Positions 9,416 through 19,533 of a DNA stretch of 64,000 nt are shown here, piece by piece (the stretch's first letter is position 1; each line of letters opens with the position of its first letter). Location: positions 162 to 64,161 of the forward strand of contig JBBIQS010000048.1 of assembly GCA_037442205.1 (NCBI GenBank), read 5' to 3'. Origin of the DNA: Myxococcales bacterium (GTDB lineage: Bacteria; Myxococcota; Myxococcia; Myxococcales; UBA5297). A program made the position numbers and the translations under genes. Below the pieces are notes generated by a model, which worked only from the letters and a program-made list of their open reading frames with translations, ran no database searches and was not told the origin of the DNA.

Positions 9416-11410
9416 ATGGACCAGGGGGCCATCAGGGGCGAAGTGGAGGAAGACCCTGCCGCAACCCGGTCGCGCCAACCGTCGGCGCCCGGCTCAGCGA
9501 GCCTGCTGGTAGAGGCGGCGGCCGAGCTGGCCCTCGCCGGCAATTGCGCCCAGGTCGGTCGCAAGTTGCTCGAGCGTGCGTGCAAGCTGCTGGAGGTGGC
9601 CGGCGGCGCCTTCCTCTGGAGAAGCGGCGGGTGGCAGCTGGCGGGCTCCCTGCCGCAGCTGCCGCGGCTGTCGGAGGCGGTGCAGCTGGCGGAGCAGGGG
9701 CTGCTGGCCCAGGCCCCGCGGGTGGCGCAGCCTGGGGCCGGCGCCGAGCGCTGGCTGGCGATTCCCCTGGGGCCGCAGGGGGCGCTGCTGCTGCCGCTGG
9801 GCCCCGCTCGGCAGCCGGACGAAGAGGATCTGGCCCGGGCGCAGGCTCTGGCGGGGCTCGGCAGACTGGCCCTGGAACGCGCCCTCGCCTGCGAACAGCT
9901 CAAAGGCGGGCAGGGCTGTGCCGGGTTGGACGCCCAGCCGCCGGCGCCGCAGATGCAGGCCCTGCTCGACGCGCTCCCCGAGGCGGCGGTGATGTACCGG
10001 CCCACCGGGGAGATCGAGATGCTCAACGCGCGGGCCTCGCAGCTGCTCTCGCTGGGCGACGAGGAGCGCTGGAGGCCGTACCTGGACCACGCCCGCTCGC
10101 TGGGGCTGGAGAACGGCGACGGCCAGCCTATGGCCCCCGCAGAAAGCCCAGTGGGTCGGGCGCTGATGGGCGAGGTGGTCAACGGCGAGCTGGTGGCCTT
10201 CGGGACCGGCGGCGGGCGGCCCGAGAAGGTCTGGACCTGGACCGGGGCGGCGCCCTGGCTGTCGCCGGATGGCGCGGTGGCCGGGGTGGTGGCCACCTTC
10301 GCCGACGTCTCCGGGCTGCACCGGGCCCAGGAGCGCAGCGACGACCTGCTGCGCATCGTCTCCCACGACCTGCGCACCCCGCTGTCGGCGGTGCTGATGC
10401 AGGCGCAGATGCTCAAGCGCTTCGCCGACAATCCGGAGAAGGTAGCCAAGGGGGCCGACAGCATTGCGGTCAACGCCCGGCGGATGAACGCCATGATCCA
10501 CGACCTGGTGGACATGGGGCGGCTCGAGGCGGGGACGCTGGGGATGCAGCGCAAGTACATCGAGCTGCAGCCCTTCGTGCGTTACCTGCGCGATCGGCTG
10601 GCCGGCTCGCTGCCGATGGAGCGGGTGGAGCTGATGGTTCCGGAGGAGCTGCCGGTGATCTGGGCGGACCCGGACCGGCTGGAGCGAGTGCTGGTGAACC
10701 TGCTGTCCAACGCCATCAAGTACTCGCCGGCGGGGTCGCCGGTGAGGCTGTGCGCCTGGCCGCAGGAGCGCTGGGTCTGGGTGTCGGTGAGCGACGAGGG
10801 CCAGGGCATCGCCCGGGAGGACTTCCCGCGGATCTTCGAGCGCTACTTCCGCGCCCAGCGCTCCGCCCGCTCGGAGGGCCTGGGGTTGGGGCTCTACATC
10901 TGCCGGATGCTGGTGGAGGCCCACGGCGGCCGGCTGGAGGTGGAGAGCACGGTGGGGCGGGGGAGCACCTTCCGCTTCTCGATGCCGGTGGCCGACGAGG
11001 CGGGCATCGACGAGGAGGCGCTGCCGCGCAAGGACGTGCTGGTGGTGGACGACGACACCGCGCTCTGCGAGGCGATCTGCTCGGCGCTGCAGTCGGAGGG
11101 CTATTCGGTGGAGGAGGCCAGCGACGGCCAGCAGGCGCTGCAGGCCTTGTCGCGCAGCCGCCCCTCGCTGATCACCCTCGACCTGAAGATGCCGCACCTC
11201 GACGGCCACGGAGTGTTGCGGGCGCTCAAGGCCCACCCGGCGTGGTCGGCGATCCCGGTGGTGGTGTGCGCCGGCCACTCCCCGGCGGCCACCGGGGTCT
11301 CGCCCAGCGACGCCGCCGCCTTCGTCGAGAAGCCGCTGCGGCTGGAGGTGCTGCTGTCAGCGGTGCACCGGCTGATCGGCGCGCCGGCGACGTCCAACAC
11401 CCCGCACTGA
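9416..11410 (+). CDS. Hybrid sensor histidine kinase (GAF-like/PAS-HisKA-HATPase-REC)
   Basis: SHDLRTPL H-box, NLLSNAIKY, DEGQGI, GLGLGL, REC domain (VVDDD, LDLKMP, EKP). Confidence 0.92.
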   Translation: MDQGAIRGEVEEDPAATRSRQPSAPGSASLLVEAAAELALAGNCAQVGRKLLERACKLLEVAGGAFLWRSGGWQLAGSLPQLPRLSEAVQLAEQGLLAQAPRVAQPGAGAERWLAIPLGPQGALLLPLGPARQPDEEDLARAQALAGLGRLALERALACEQLKGGQGCAGLDAQPPAPQMQALLDALPEAAVMYRPTGEIEMLNARASQLLSLGDEERWRPYLDHARSLGLENGDGQPMAPAESPVGRALMGEVVNGELVAFGTGGGRPEKVWTWTGAAPWLSPDGAVAGVVATFADVSGLHRAQERSDDLLRIVSHDLRTPLSAVLMQAQMLKRFADNPEKVAKGADSIAVNARRMNAMIHDLVDMGRLEAGTLGMQRKYIELQPFVRYLRDRLAGSLPMERVELMVPEELPVIWADPDRLERVLVNLLSNAIKYSPAGSPVRLCAWPQERWVWVSVSDEGQGIAREDFPRIFERYFRAQRSARSEGLGLGLYICRMLVEAHGGRLEVESTVGRGSTFRFSMPVADEAGIDEEALPRKDVLVVDDDTALCEAICSALQSEGYSVEEASDGQQALQALSRSRPSLITLDLKMPHLDGHGVLRALKAHPAWSAIPVVVCAGHSPAATGVSPSDAAAFVEKPLRLEVLLSAVHRLIGAPATSNTPH

Positions 11411-11553
11411 CCGGAAGCCGGCGCCGTCATTTATGCCGCACAGCGTCTTGCTCGCTCTCGCCATCCTCTGATACTCCGCCACCCGCCGGGGGGGATTCCC
11501 GGTACTTCAACTCCGCATCCTGGCCCCGTTTCCGCGGGGCCTGAGAGGGAACC

Positions 11554-13479
11554 ATGGTCAGCTCCTTCCGTTGGCGTTCCATCGCGCTGGCGGCCACCCT
11601 GTCCTTCGGTTGCGTCCCGACCGTGACCAAGGATCAGCCAGTGGCCGTGAGCAGCGCCACCATCGCCCGCTTCTCTCCCGATGGCTCCGATCCCTGCAAC
11701 AGCGTGCTGCCCTTCCCGTCGGACCTCGCCAAGAACGCGAAGACCGGCAAGCTCGACCTTCCCTACTGCAAGAGCGACGGCGTCGATCAGATCGCCATCA
11801 AGACCGGTCTGCGCACCCTCGACGGCTACGCCGTGGGCACCTCGCTCAAGGTCAACTTCACTGGCGCCCTCGACGCGGCCTCCCTGGCCGCCGGGGTGAA
11901 GCTCTTCTCCGCCGATGGCAAGGCGGTCGAGATCGACGCCAAGTTTCTGCCCGACAGCGACAATCTGCTCGTGATCCAGCCGCGCAAGCCGCTGGCCGAG
12001 GCCACCAAGTACCTGGCCGCGATCACCACCGACGTGAAGGATTCGGCCGGCAAGCCGGTGGCCTCCGATCAGGCCTTCGTCTTCCTCAAGAGCGAGAACC
12101 CGCTCACCGACAGCTTGGGCTACAGCGCCTACAGCGCGCTCACCGACGCCGAGGCCAGCGCGCTGGAGAAGCTGCGCCAGGGCTTCCTGCCGATGTTCAC
12201 CGCCCTGGAGTCGGCCGGCCTTCCCCGCTCGCAGATCGCGGTGGCTTGGAGCTTCACCACTCAGACCGTGCACGCCACCCTGCCTCAGCTGGCGGCGCTG
12301 GTGAACGGCAACGTTCCGGCCGTCACTCACGACCGGCAGATGCCCGCCGCCGCCCACCCGCTGATCGCCGCCGCCGGGATTCCTCACAGCCACATGTGCG
12401 ACCTGCACACCGGGCGCGTCCAGCTCAAGACGCTGCAGGGAGCGGCGGGCACCTTCGAGGCCACCTCTTCCGGAGCTCCGGCGGTCGGCGCCGTCGAGGC
12501 CAACTACCTCTTCATCACCCCCAACGCCGATCACTCGGCGAGCCCGGCCGCCTGCACTGCCTGGGCTGGCGGTCCGGTGGCGGTCTTCGTCCACGGCCTG
12601 GGGCGCTGCAAGAACGACGTGCTGGCGCTGGCCAACTCGCTGAACAAGGCCGGGCTGGCGGTGCTCTCGGTCGACGGCCCGCGCGCCGGCGGCCGCTCGG
12701 TGTCCGCCCTGGGCGACCAGAATCTCGACAGCTGCCCTGATCAGCCGGCGATGCCGGAGCTCATCGCGCTGCCGGGGCAGGGGCCCAACCCCTTCGCCGT
12801 CCGCGACGGCCTGCGCGAGTGGGGCCTGGAGCTGTCGCAGATCGTCAACGCGGTCAAGGCCTCCTCCGGGGCCTTCGTCGGCGGCAGCGCCACCAGCAAC
12901 AAGGTGGCGCTGATCGGCCACTCCTGGGGCGCGATGGCCGCCGCCCTGGCCAGCTCGGTGGTCGTCGTCGACGCGCTGATCCTCAACGCCGGCAGTGCCG
13001 AGCTGGGCGCGGTCTTCGCCCCCGGCATCATGGCCTCGGTCCCCTCGCCGGCGATGGCCGCCGAGAGCATCGCCGCCTTCCGCTGGGCGATGGAGCCCGG
13101 CGATCCGCTCTACGCCGGCGGCACCACCAAGCCGGTGCTGGTGCAGGTGGTCAGCGGCGACAAGGTCACCGCCGAGGCCCCGCTGCACGCCTCGGACACG
13201 CAGACCCTGCTGGCCAAGGCCTTCGCCGCCGACCGCGCCGCCTCGACCTTCGCCATGAGCGCCGAGCCGGCCGGCAGCAAGGTGGCGCTGTGCGACTCGG
13301 GCACTGCCATCGTCGGGGCGCTGCTGCAGCCCTGCGTGGCCGACAAGAACGCCGCCCTCTACGCCCCGGCCAGGCTGAAGACCGCCGGGATGCAGCGGCA
13401 GGTCGCCACCTTCGCCATCTCCGCGATCCTCGGCCAGCCGGTGGTCTGCGACCCCGACTTCACCAAGAGCTGCCCCTAG
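11554..13479 (+). CDS. Lipoprotein alpha/beta-hydrolase, Pla-1/VolA-like lipase with N-terminal Ig-like domain
   Basis: Lipobox SFGC; LPFPSD, TLDGY and IQP.KPL..ATKY N-terminal motifs; VHGL and GHSWG nucleophile elbow. Confidence 0.78.
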   Translation: MVSSFRWRSIALAATLSFGCVPTVTKDQPVAVSSATIARFSPDGSDPCNSVLPFPSDLAKNAKTGKLDLPYCKSDGVDQIAIKTGLRTLDGYAVGTSLKVNFTGALDAASLAAGVKLFSADGKAVEIDAKFLPDSDNLLVIQPRKPLAEATKYLAAITTDVKDSAGKPVASDQAFVFLKSENPLTDSLGYSAYSALTDAEASALEKLRQGFLPMFTALESAGLPRSQIAVAWSFTTQTVHATLPQLAALVNGNVPAVTHDRQMPAAAHPLIAAAGIPHSHMCDLHTGRVQLKTLQGAAGTFEATSSGAPAVGAVEANYLFITPNADHSASPAACTAWAGGPVAVFVHGLGRCKNDVLALANSLNKAGLAVLSVDGPRAGGRSVSALGDQNLDSCPDQPAMPELIALPGQGPNPFAVRDGLREWGLELSQIVNAVKASSGAFVGGSATSNKVALIGHSWGAMAAALASSVVVVDALILNAGSAELGAVFAPGIMASVPSPAMAAESIAAFRWAMEPGDPLYAGGTTKPVLVQVVSGDKVTAEAPLHASDTQTLLAKAFAADRAASTFAMSAEPAGSKVALCDSGTAIVGALLQPCVADKNAALYAPARLKTAGMQRQVATFAISAILGQPVVCDPDFTKSCP

Positions 13480-13524
13480 AGGACCGCGATGCGAACCCAC
13501 ACTCCTAGCTTCGAGGGAATTTCC

Positions 13525-14826
13525 ATGAACCGCATCGTCCTGGGCGCCGCGCTGCTGCTGCTGGCGCCCGCCACCGCCCTCGCCGGCGGCTTCTCGATCT
13601 CCGAGGTCGGCTCGGTCGAGGCCGGCCGCGGAGGCGCCGCGGCGGCGCTGGCCGACGGGCCGTCGCAGATCTATTACAACCCCGCCAACATCGCCCGGCT
13701 CGATGGCCTGCAGGTGACGGTGGGGGCTTCGGGCCTGGCGCCGCGCTTCCAGTACAGCGGCTCCAACGGCGCCCCGACCGCCACCAGCGACGCGGCGCTG
13801 TCTCCGCCTCCGCACCTGGCGCTCAGCTACAACCTGGGCGACACCGGCGCCGGCAACCTGGCCCTGGGCCTGGGGGTCTTCGTCCCCTACGGCTCGACCT
13901 TCTCCTGGCCCGACAACTGGGCGGGACGGGCGGACATCCAGAAGATCGCGCTGCAGGTCTTCGAGATCGCCCCGACGCTGGCCATCAAGCCCAGCAAGCT
14001 GTTCGCGCTGGGCATCGGTTTCCGCTACCTGCCGGCGCAGGTCTACATGAAGCAGGCGGTGCTCTTCGGCACCGCCGAGGAGGGGCAGGTCGAGCTCTCC
14101 GGCTCCGGCTCGGGCATGGGGCTCCAGGCCGGACTGGCGGCGATGCCCATCGACGGACTGTCGCTGGGGCTGTCGTGGCGCTCGGCTTCGACCCTGGACT
14201 TCAAGGGACAGAGCAACTTCACCTTCCCGGCGCCGTTCGAGGCCAAGGCGGTTGACATGGACGTCACCACCTCGATCCCGCTGGCCCAGGTCTTCCGCTT
14301 CGGCGTGGGTTACGAGGTCACCAAGGAGCTGAGCCTGTCCGCCGACCTCGAGTATCAGATGTGGAGCGCCTTCAAGGATCTGACCATCCACTTCCTCAAC
14401 GCCGATGGCACCGAGAACAAGGCGGTGGCCAGCGCCCGCAACAGCACCGACGGCCTGGTGCTGCACCTGGGCGGTCAGTACAAGGTCAGCGACTCGCTGG
14501 CGGTCCGCGCCGGCTACGCCTGGGACCAGCACACCATCCCCGAGGCCAACGTCAGCTCCGCTCCGCCGGACTCGGACAAGCACGTGGTCAGCCTGGGGCT
14601 GTCGTACCTGTTCGGCAGCTACGGCATCCACGCCAACTTCGCCGACGTGATCATGGCCAAGCGCATCACCAACACCAACGCCATGCCGGGGACCTGGCAG
14701 GGCGGTTGGGCGGGCGGGACCATGGCCTACATCTTCGGCCTGAGCCTGACCGCCAACCTCGACCTGGGCGGCTCGAGCAAGCCCGCGTCGGTGACCCAGG
14801 CCCCCGCCGTTTCCCAGTCGCTCTAG
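13525..14826 (+). CDS. FadL/OmpP1/TodX-family outer-membrane transporter
   Basis: Signal peptide; GGF.I.E.G....GRGGA, YYNPANIA, GLGVFVPYG, VRAGYAWD, PDSD. Confidence 0.92.
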   Translation: MNRIVLGAALLLLAPATALAGGFSISEVGSVEAGRGGAAAALADGPSQIYYNPANIARLDGLQVTVGASGLAPRFQYSGSNGAPTATSDAALSPPPHLALSYNLGDTGAGNLALGLGVFVPYGSTFSWPDNWAGRADIQKIALQVFEIAPTLAIKPSKLFALGIGFRYLPAQVYMKQAVLFGTAEEGQVELSGSGSGMGLQAGLAAMPIDGLSLGLSWRSASTLDFKGQSNFTFPAPFEAKAVDMDVTTSIPLAQVFRFGVGYEVTKELSLSADLEYQMWSAFKDLTIHFLNADGTENKAVASARNSTDGLVLHLGGQYKVSDSLAVRAGYAWDQHTIPEANVSSAPPDSDKHVVSLGLSYLFGSYGIHANFADVIMAKRITNTNAMPGTWQGGWAGGTMAYIFGLSLTANLDLGGSSKPASVTQAPAVSQSL

Positions 14827-14851
14827 CGCCAACCTTTAGGAGAGAGAGCCA

Positions 14852-17164
14852 ATGCGCTTCTTGAACCGCAATAGCCTGATGGCGCTCGCCCTGGTCGCGA
14901 CCGGCGCCTGCACCATCGAAGGAAGCACCTCCACCGGTTCCACCAAGGACCCGTACCAGCCCCCGGAGTCGCCGGCGCCTTACATCCCGACGCTGCCGCC
15001 GGCCGGGGATCGCAAGGTGGTGATCCTTCACACCAACGACGAGCACTCGCACCTGTTCGGCTACGGGCCGGTCAACGAATACCCGTTCCTGCCGGCCAAC
15101 GACGGCTCCGTCAATCCCACGGCGATGGTCGGCAAGGTTGGCCAGGATCAGCAGACGGTGGGCGGCATTGCCCGCCGCCAGTACCTGATCAACAAGGCCC
15201 GCGCCGAGAGCACCGACCCGGTGCTGCTCTTGTCGGCCGGCGACTCGACCATGGGGACCGTCTTCCACATGGCCGAGAACAAGGCCGCCCCCGACTTCCT
15301 GGCCATGGCGCTGCTCGGCTACGACTTCATGACGCTGGGCAACCACGAGTTCGACTTCGGGCCGGACTTCCTGGCGCAGGGGCTGGGCACCGTCGACCAG
15401 ATGCTCTTCGGCGGCGGAGTGCCGGTGCTGGCGAGCAACATCCACTTCGACGACGTGACTTCGCAGAGCGGGGGAGCGCTGCTCAAGGGCATGTACGGGG
15501 CCGGCAACAGCGGTTCTCCGATCATGCCCTGGGCCACCAAGACCCTGGCCAACGGGCTCAAGGTCGGCTTCTTCGGGCTGATGGGCTACGAGGCGGCGAT
15601 GGTCTCGGCCGGCAAGGGGCCGATCAGCTTCTCAGTGCCGACCAATGGCCCGGCCTGCAGCGCGACCACCGCCTGTGGCGCGGGCGAGGGCTCCTGCGTG
15701 CGCGGCCACTGCGTCAAGCCGCTCGACGCCCAGGGCCACGTCCTGGCGATGGCCGCCGAGGCCCAGGCGGTGGTGGACGTGCTGCGCAACGAGCAGAAGG
15801 TCGACCTGGTGATCGCGCTGACCCACCTCGGCAGCGTCGAGGACGGCGCCTCGGCGGCGAACCCGGGATTGGCGCAGCTGGTCAGCGGCATCGACGTGAT
15901 CATCGGCGGCCACTCGCACCAGGAGATCGCGCCGGTGGAGCTGAGCGCCAAGGGCGGCGGCAAGACCATCATGACCCAGGCCGGCAACTACGGGCGGCTG
16001 CTGGGCAAGCTGGTGATCTCGGTCTCGCCGAAGGGCGTGGTCAGCCTGGTCGCTCCTGAGAGCGAGATGAAGGCCGTGGACTACCACCTCGACTCGCAGA
16101 TCGTGAGCAGCGGCCTGGAGCAGGCGGTGAAGCTGACCGCGGTGGCGCTGGGGCCGGTCATCGGCGGGATCAACGACCTGCTGTTCCCGCTTCTCCAAGT
16201 TCGGGTGCTCGACCCGGTGGTGCACAGCGGCCACGACATCATCGGCGACGTTCCGTTCAAGGACACCAACCTCATCAATCTGGTGACCGACGCCAACCGG
16301 TGGGCGGTCGGCGGCGGCGCTTGCCTTGCTTCCAAGGGAGTGCCGGTGGTGGCGGTGCAGGCCAACGGCGTCATTCGCGACACGCTGCGCTTCGGCACCT
16401 CGGCTCACGGCGGAATGGCCACCGTCGCCGACATCTTCGGGGTCGTGCCGCTGGGCGCCAGCCCCTACGCGGCGGCGAGCGCCCAGGCGCCCGGCTTCCC
16501 GATGGTGCAGTTCTACATGCGCCCGGTGGACGTCTTCGTGGCAGCCAACATCGGCGTGACCCAGGGACTGCAGAGCGACTCGTTCTTCCTGTCGTACGCT
16601 GGCATGCGCGTCAGCTACGACGCGACGCTCGCGCCGTTCGACCAGGCGACCTTCAATCCGACGGGCACCGAGTCCTACGGGCGGATCACCAAGATGGAGC
16701 TGGACATGGGCGGCACCTACGTCCAGGTCTACAGCTACGACAAGAACGCCAATCCCCAGGTGCCGTGGGCGGCGCGCTGGGCCCAGAGCCTGAATCCGCT
16801 GACTGGAAAGATCTCCATCGTCAGCAACCTCTACCTGGCCGGCTTCCTGGCGGCCTACGGCTTCAGCCCGCGGGATGAAACCCTGACGCCGGTGACAGTC
16901 CGCGAGACCGTGCTCTGCCAGGTTCCGAGTGTCACGATGCCGGACTGCACGTCAAATCCGCAGGTTCCCTCGATCGCTCACTGCGCCACGCTGCCGGGGG
17001 CGGCTACCAGCCCCTGGCCGTACTTGGAGGTCAAGGAATGGGCGGCGCTTCTCAAGTTCCTGACTGCGCCGGCCATCGTCGGCGGGCTGGAAAGCAACAT
17101 CCCCACCGATCGCTACTCAGGCAGCGAACCGCTGAATCCGCGAGTGGTGAAGGTGACGCCGTAG
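14852..17164 (+). CDS. Lipoprotein bifunctional metallophosphatase/5'-nucleotidase (UshA-like)
   Basis: Lipobox TGAC; HTNDEH, AGD, GNHEFD, THLG, GGHSH; C-terminal 5'-NT domain (NGVIR). Confidence 0.9.
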   Translation: MRFLNRNSLMALALVATGACTIEGSTSTGSTKDPYQPPESPAPYIPTLPPAGDRKVVILHTNDEHSHLFGYGPVNEYPFLPANDGSVNPTAMVGKVGQDQQTVGGIARRQYLINKARAESTDPVLLLSAGDSTMGTVFHMAENKAAPDFLAMALLGYDFMTLGNHEFDFGPDFLAQGLGTVDQMLFGGGVPVLASNIHFDDVTSQSGGALLKGMYGAGNSGSPIMPWATKTLANGLKVGFFGLMGYEAAMVSAGKGPISFSVPTNGPACSATTACGAGEGSCVRGHCVKPLDAQGHVLAMAAEAQAVVDVLRNEQKVDLVIALTHLGSVEDGASAANPGLAQLVSGIDVIIGGHSHQEIAPVELSAKGGGKTIMTQAGNYGRLLGKLVISVSPKGVVSLVAPESEMKAVDYHLDSQIVSSGLEQAVKLTAVALGPVIGGINDLLFPLLQVRVLDPVVHSGHDIIGDVPFKDTNLINLVTDANRWAVGGGACLASKGVPVVAVQANGVIRDTLRFGTSAHGGMATVADIFGVVPLGASPYAAASAQAPGFPMVQFYMRPVDVFVAANIGVTQGLQSDSFFLSYAGMRVSYDATLAPFDQATFNPTGTESYGRITKMELDMGGTYVQVYSYDKNANPQVPWAARWAQSLNPLTGKISIVSNLYLAGFLAAYGFSPRDETLTPVTVRETVLCQVPSVTMPDCTSNPQVPSIAHCATLPGAATSPWPYLEVKEWAALLKFLTAPAIVGGLESNIPTDRYSGSEPLNPRVVKVTP

Positions 17165-17186
17165 CCTAGCTGGGCCTCTGGCTCGG

Positions 17187-17226
17187 GCGGGCGCCGCTCT
17201 CCTCGCACGAGGAGGCCGGCGCCCGC
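17187..17226 (+). terminator. Hairpin after the 5'-nucleotidase gene
   Basis: GCGGGCGCCG..CTCCTC-gcac-GAGGAG..CGGCGCCCGC; weak U-tract. Confidence 0.5.
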
Positions 17227-17298
17227 TGTCGTGTTGGCTCCCAAAGCGTCCTCTTCGCGAGATCGTTTGAGGCCGGACGGAATTCTGTCCCCCGTCCC

Positions 17299-17328
17299 TT
17301 GACCGCTCTGGAGAGCGCCCTCTACGCT
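17299..17328 (+). promoter_or_regulatory. Putative sigma70 promoter of the C25 peptidase operon
   Basis: TTGACC-N18-TACGCT. Confidence 0.4.
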
Positions 17329-17358
17329 GCCTCTTCAAGTCCGATACACGGAGATCCC

Positions 17359-19035
17359 ATGCGCCTTGTCCCGCTCGTCGCCGTCGCGAGCCTTGCCGCC
17401 CTCGCTTCCTGTTCGCCCTCCTCCAACTCGACCGAGGGCGCGGACGCCGGTGGGACCGAAACTGGCACCGACTCGGGGACCGGGCAGGGTACCGACGCCG
17501 GCCACAGCGACGCCTCGGTCTCCCAGGACGCCTCCACTCCTCTCGACGCGGGCTGCACGCCCCCGACCTTCGACAAACCGGTCACCGGCGAGCCGATCCA
17601 GGCGGTGATCATCACCAATAACGCCTTGGCTCCTGTCTTCCGCCGGCTGGCGGCGCTCCACACCGTGACCGGGCTGGCCACCGACGTCGCTACCGTCGAG
17701 CAGATCTGCGCCGGCGGGAAGTGCTCCTCCACCGACACCACCAAGGACACCCCCAAGGCCATCAAGGACTACCTCAAGTCCCGCAGCCAGCTGAGGTTCG
17801 CGGTGATCGGCGGCGGCATCGACGTGGTCCCGTCGCGGCAGGTCCACGACAGCTACACCAACACCGCAGCCCAGGTGGCCTTCGACGCCAACTTCGTCAC
17901 TGACGACTACTACTCCGACTTCTCCGAGTGGGACACCAACGGCGACGGGATCTATGCCCAGGACGGAACCGACACCCCAGGGTACGGGGCGGACATCGCG
18001 GTGTCGCGAATCCCGGTGCACACCACCGCCGAGGCCGAGGACTACCTGGCCAAGGTGGTCAAGCACATGACCGCCTTCAACCCCAACGTCGTCGACCGGG
18101 CGCTGGCGATCTCCAACATCTCCACCAACTTCAATGCCAGCTTCACCACGGTGAAGGTCGACGCGGCCTGGTACCTGGAGCAGAGCGGCCGCACGCTGTC
18201 GCTGCTGCCGGCGGGGACGACGGTCACCAAGCTCTACGCCACGCGGCTGCAGCCCGACCAGACCGCCGGCACCTACAGCGCCGCCAACGAGCTGCAGGCG
18301 CTCAACGACGGGCAGAACATCGTGGTCCACTCCGGCCACGCCGGCACCGACGTGGTGACCGTGGAGATCGACGGCACCGAGGCCTTCTGGGGCACGGACG
18401 CCTACGCCATGACCAACAGCGACCGGCCGATCTTCCTTTCCTGCGGCTGCCAGGCCGGCGACTTCAGCGCCGCCTACAACGCCGGCGAGCAGCTGGTGCT
18501 GGCACCCGCGGGCGGGGCCGTGGCCTACCTGGGCAACGTGCCGGTGGGGCTCGGCCTCGCCGGCGGCATGCAGATGATCGACGAGTTGCTGCGCTACGTG
18601 GGGGCCAACGGCGACGGGACCATCCTCGGCGACGCCTCGGTCCATGCCCACCGCAACCTGCCGCTCAACGACCGGTTCACGGTCCCCTACGTGAACATCA
18701 GCATTCCCGTGGTGGACAAGGACAGCTGGGAGTGGACGCAGAAGGGCGCCACGCTGCTGGGCGACGAGCTGATTCCGGTGTGGACCGCCACGCGCACCTG
18801 GGCGCCGATCATCTCCGCCTCCAAGGCCGCGGTCTGCCAGGGAGCGAAGATCACCGTCACTCTCTCCGCGGCATCGACCGGCACCCTGCGACTCAAGACC
18901 GACTCCGGCGTCTACCGGTTCGACCTGAACAACCAGACCAGCGTCACCGCGACCTTGAAGGAGAACCCCTCCTCGATCTCGGTCGGGTTCTCGTCGTCGG
19001 CGAACTACTTCGGCTTCGCCGAGCTTTCGCTGTGA
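17359..19035 (+). CDS. Lipoprotein peptidase C25 (gingipain-like cysteine protease)
   Basis: Lipobox LASC; IKDYLK, FAVIGG, TDDYYSD, DIAVSRIP, catalytic HSGH and SCGC.AGDF, GGAVAYLG, TLLGD. Confidence 0.85.
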   Translation: MRLVPLVAVASLAALASCSPSSNSTEGADAGGTETGTDSGTGQGTDAGHSDASVSQDASTPLDAGCTPPTFDKPVTGEPIQAVIITNNALAPVFRRLAALHTVTGLATDVATVEQICAGGKCSSTDTTKDTPKAIKDYLKSRSQLRFAVIGGGIDVVPSRQVHDSYTNTAAQVAFDANFVTDDYYSDFSEWDTNGDGIYAQDGTDTPGYGADIAVSRIPVHTTAEAEDYLAKVVKHMTAFNPNVVDRALAISNISTNFNASFTTVKVDAAWYLEQSGRTLSLLPAGTTVTKLYATRLQPDQTAGTYSAANELQALNDGQNIVVHSGHAGTDVVTVEIDGTEAFWGTDAYAMTNSDRPIFLSCGCQAGDFSAAYNAGEQLVLAPAGGAVAYLGNVPVGLGLAGGMQMIDELLRYVGANGDGTILGDASVHAHRNLPLNDRFTVPYVNISIPVVDKDSWEWTQKGATLLGDELIPVWTATRTWAPIISASKAAVCQGAKITVTLSAASTGTLRLKTDSGVYRFDLNNQTSVTATLKENPSSISVGFSSSANYFGFAELSL

Positions 19036-19514
19036 CCGCCGGCCGCCGCCGCGCCCCGCCGCCCACTCCCATGGGTCGGGCGCTGCGGTGGCTCTCCATC
19101 CGCGATCGCTCCGAGGCGGAGCTGCGGCGCAAGCTGCGCGAGGCCGAGGTCGCGCCCGAGCAGATCGACGCCACGCTCGAGCGGCTGCGCAGCCTGGGCT
19201 ACCTCGACGACGAGCGCTTCGCCCGCTCACGCGCCCGAGCGCTCTTGGGCCGGGGCAGGCACGGACCGCGGGCGGTCTCGAGCAAGCTCGCGCAGGCCGG
19301 GCTGGCGCGCGACTCGGTGGCCCAGGCGGTCTCGGAGGCGATGGCCAGCTGCGACGAGCTGGCCATGGCCCGGGGGGTAATCGACCGCAAGTATCCTCAG
19401 GCGCCCGGAAATCCGGACGCCAGGGTCCGGGCGAAGGCCATGCGCTTCCTGCTGGGCCGGGGCTTCAATGCCTCGGTGGCCCGGCAGGCGGTCCGCTCGC
19501 CGAAGGATTCCTGA
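19032..19514 (+). CDS. recX: Regulatory protein RecX
   Basis: GTGA overlap; ALRWLSIRDRSEAELRRKL, GYLDDERFA, GPRAV..KL, RFLLGRGF. Confidence 0.9.
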   Translation: MTAGRRRAPPPTPMGRALRWLSIRDRSEAELRRKLREAEVAPEQIDATLERLRSLGYLDDERFARSRARALLGRGRHGPRAVSSKLAQAGLARDSVAQAVSEAMASCDELAMARGVIDRKYPQAPGNPDARVRAKAMRFLLGRGFNASVARQAVRSPKDS

Positions 19515-19533
19515 GTCGAGGCTGGGGCTGGGG

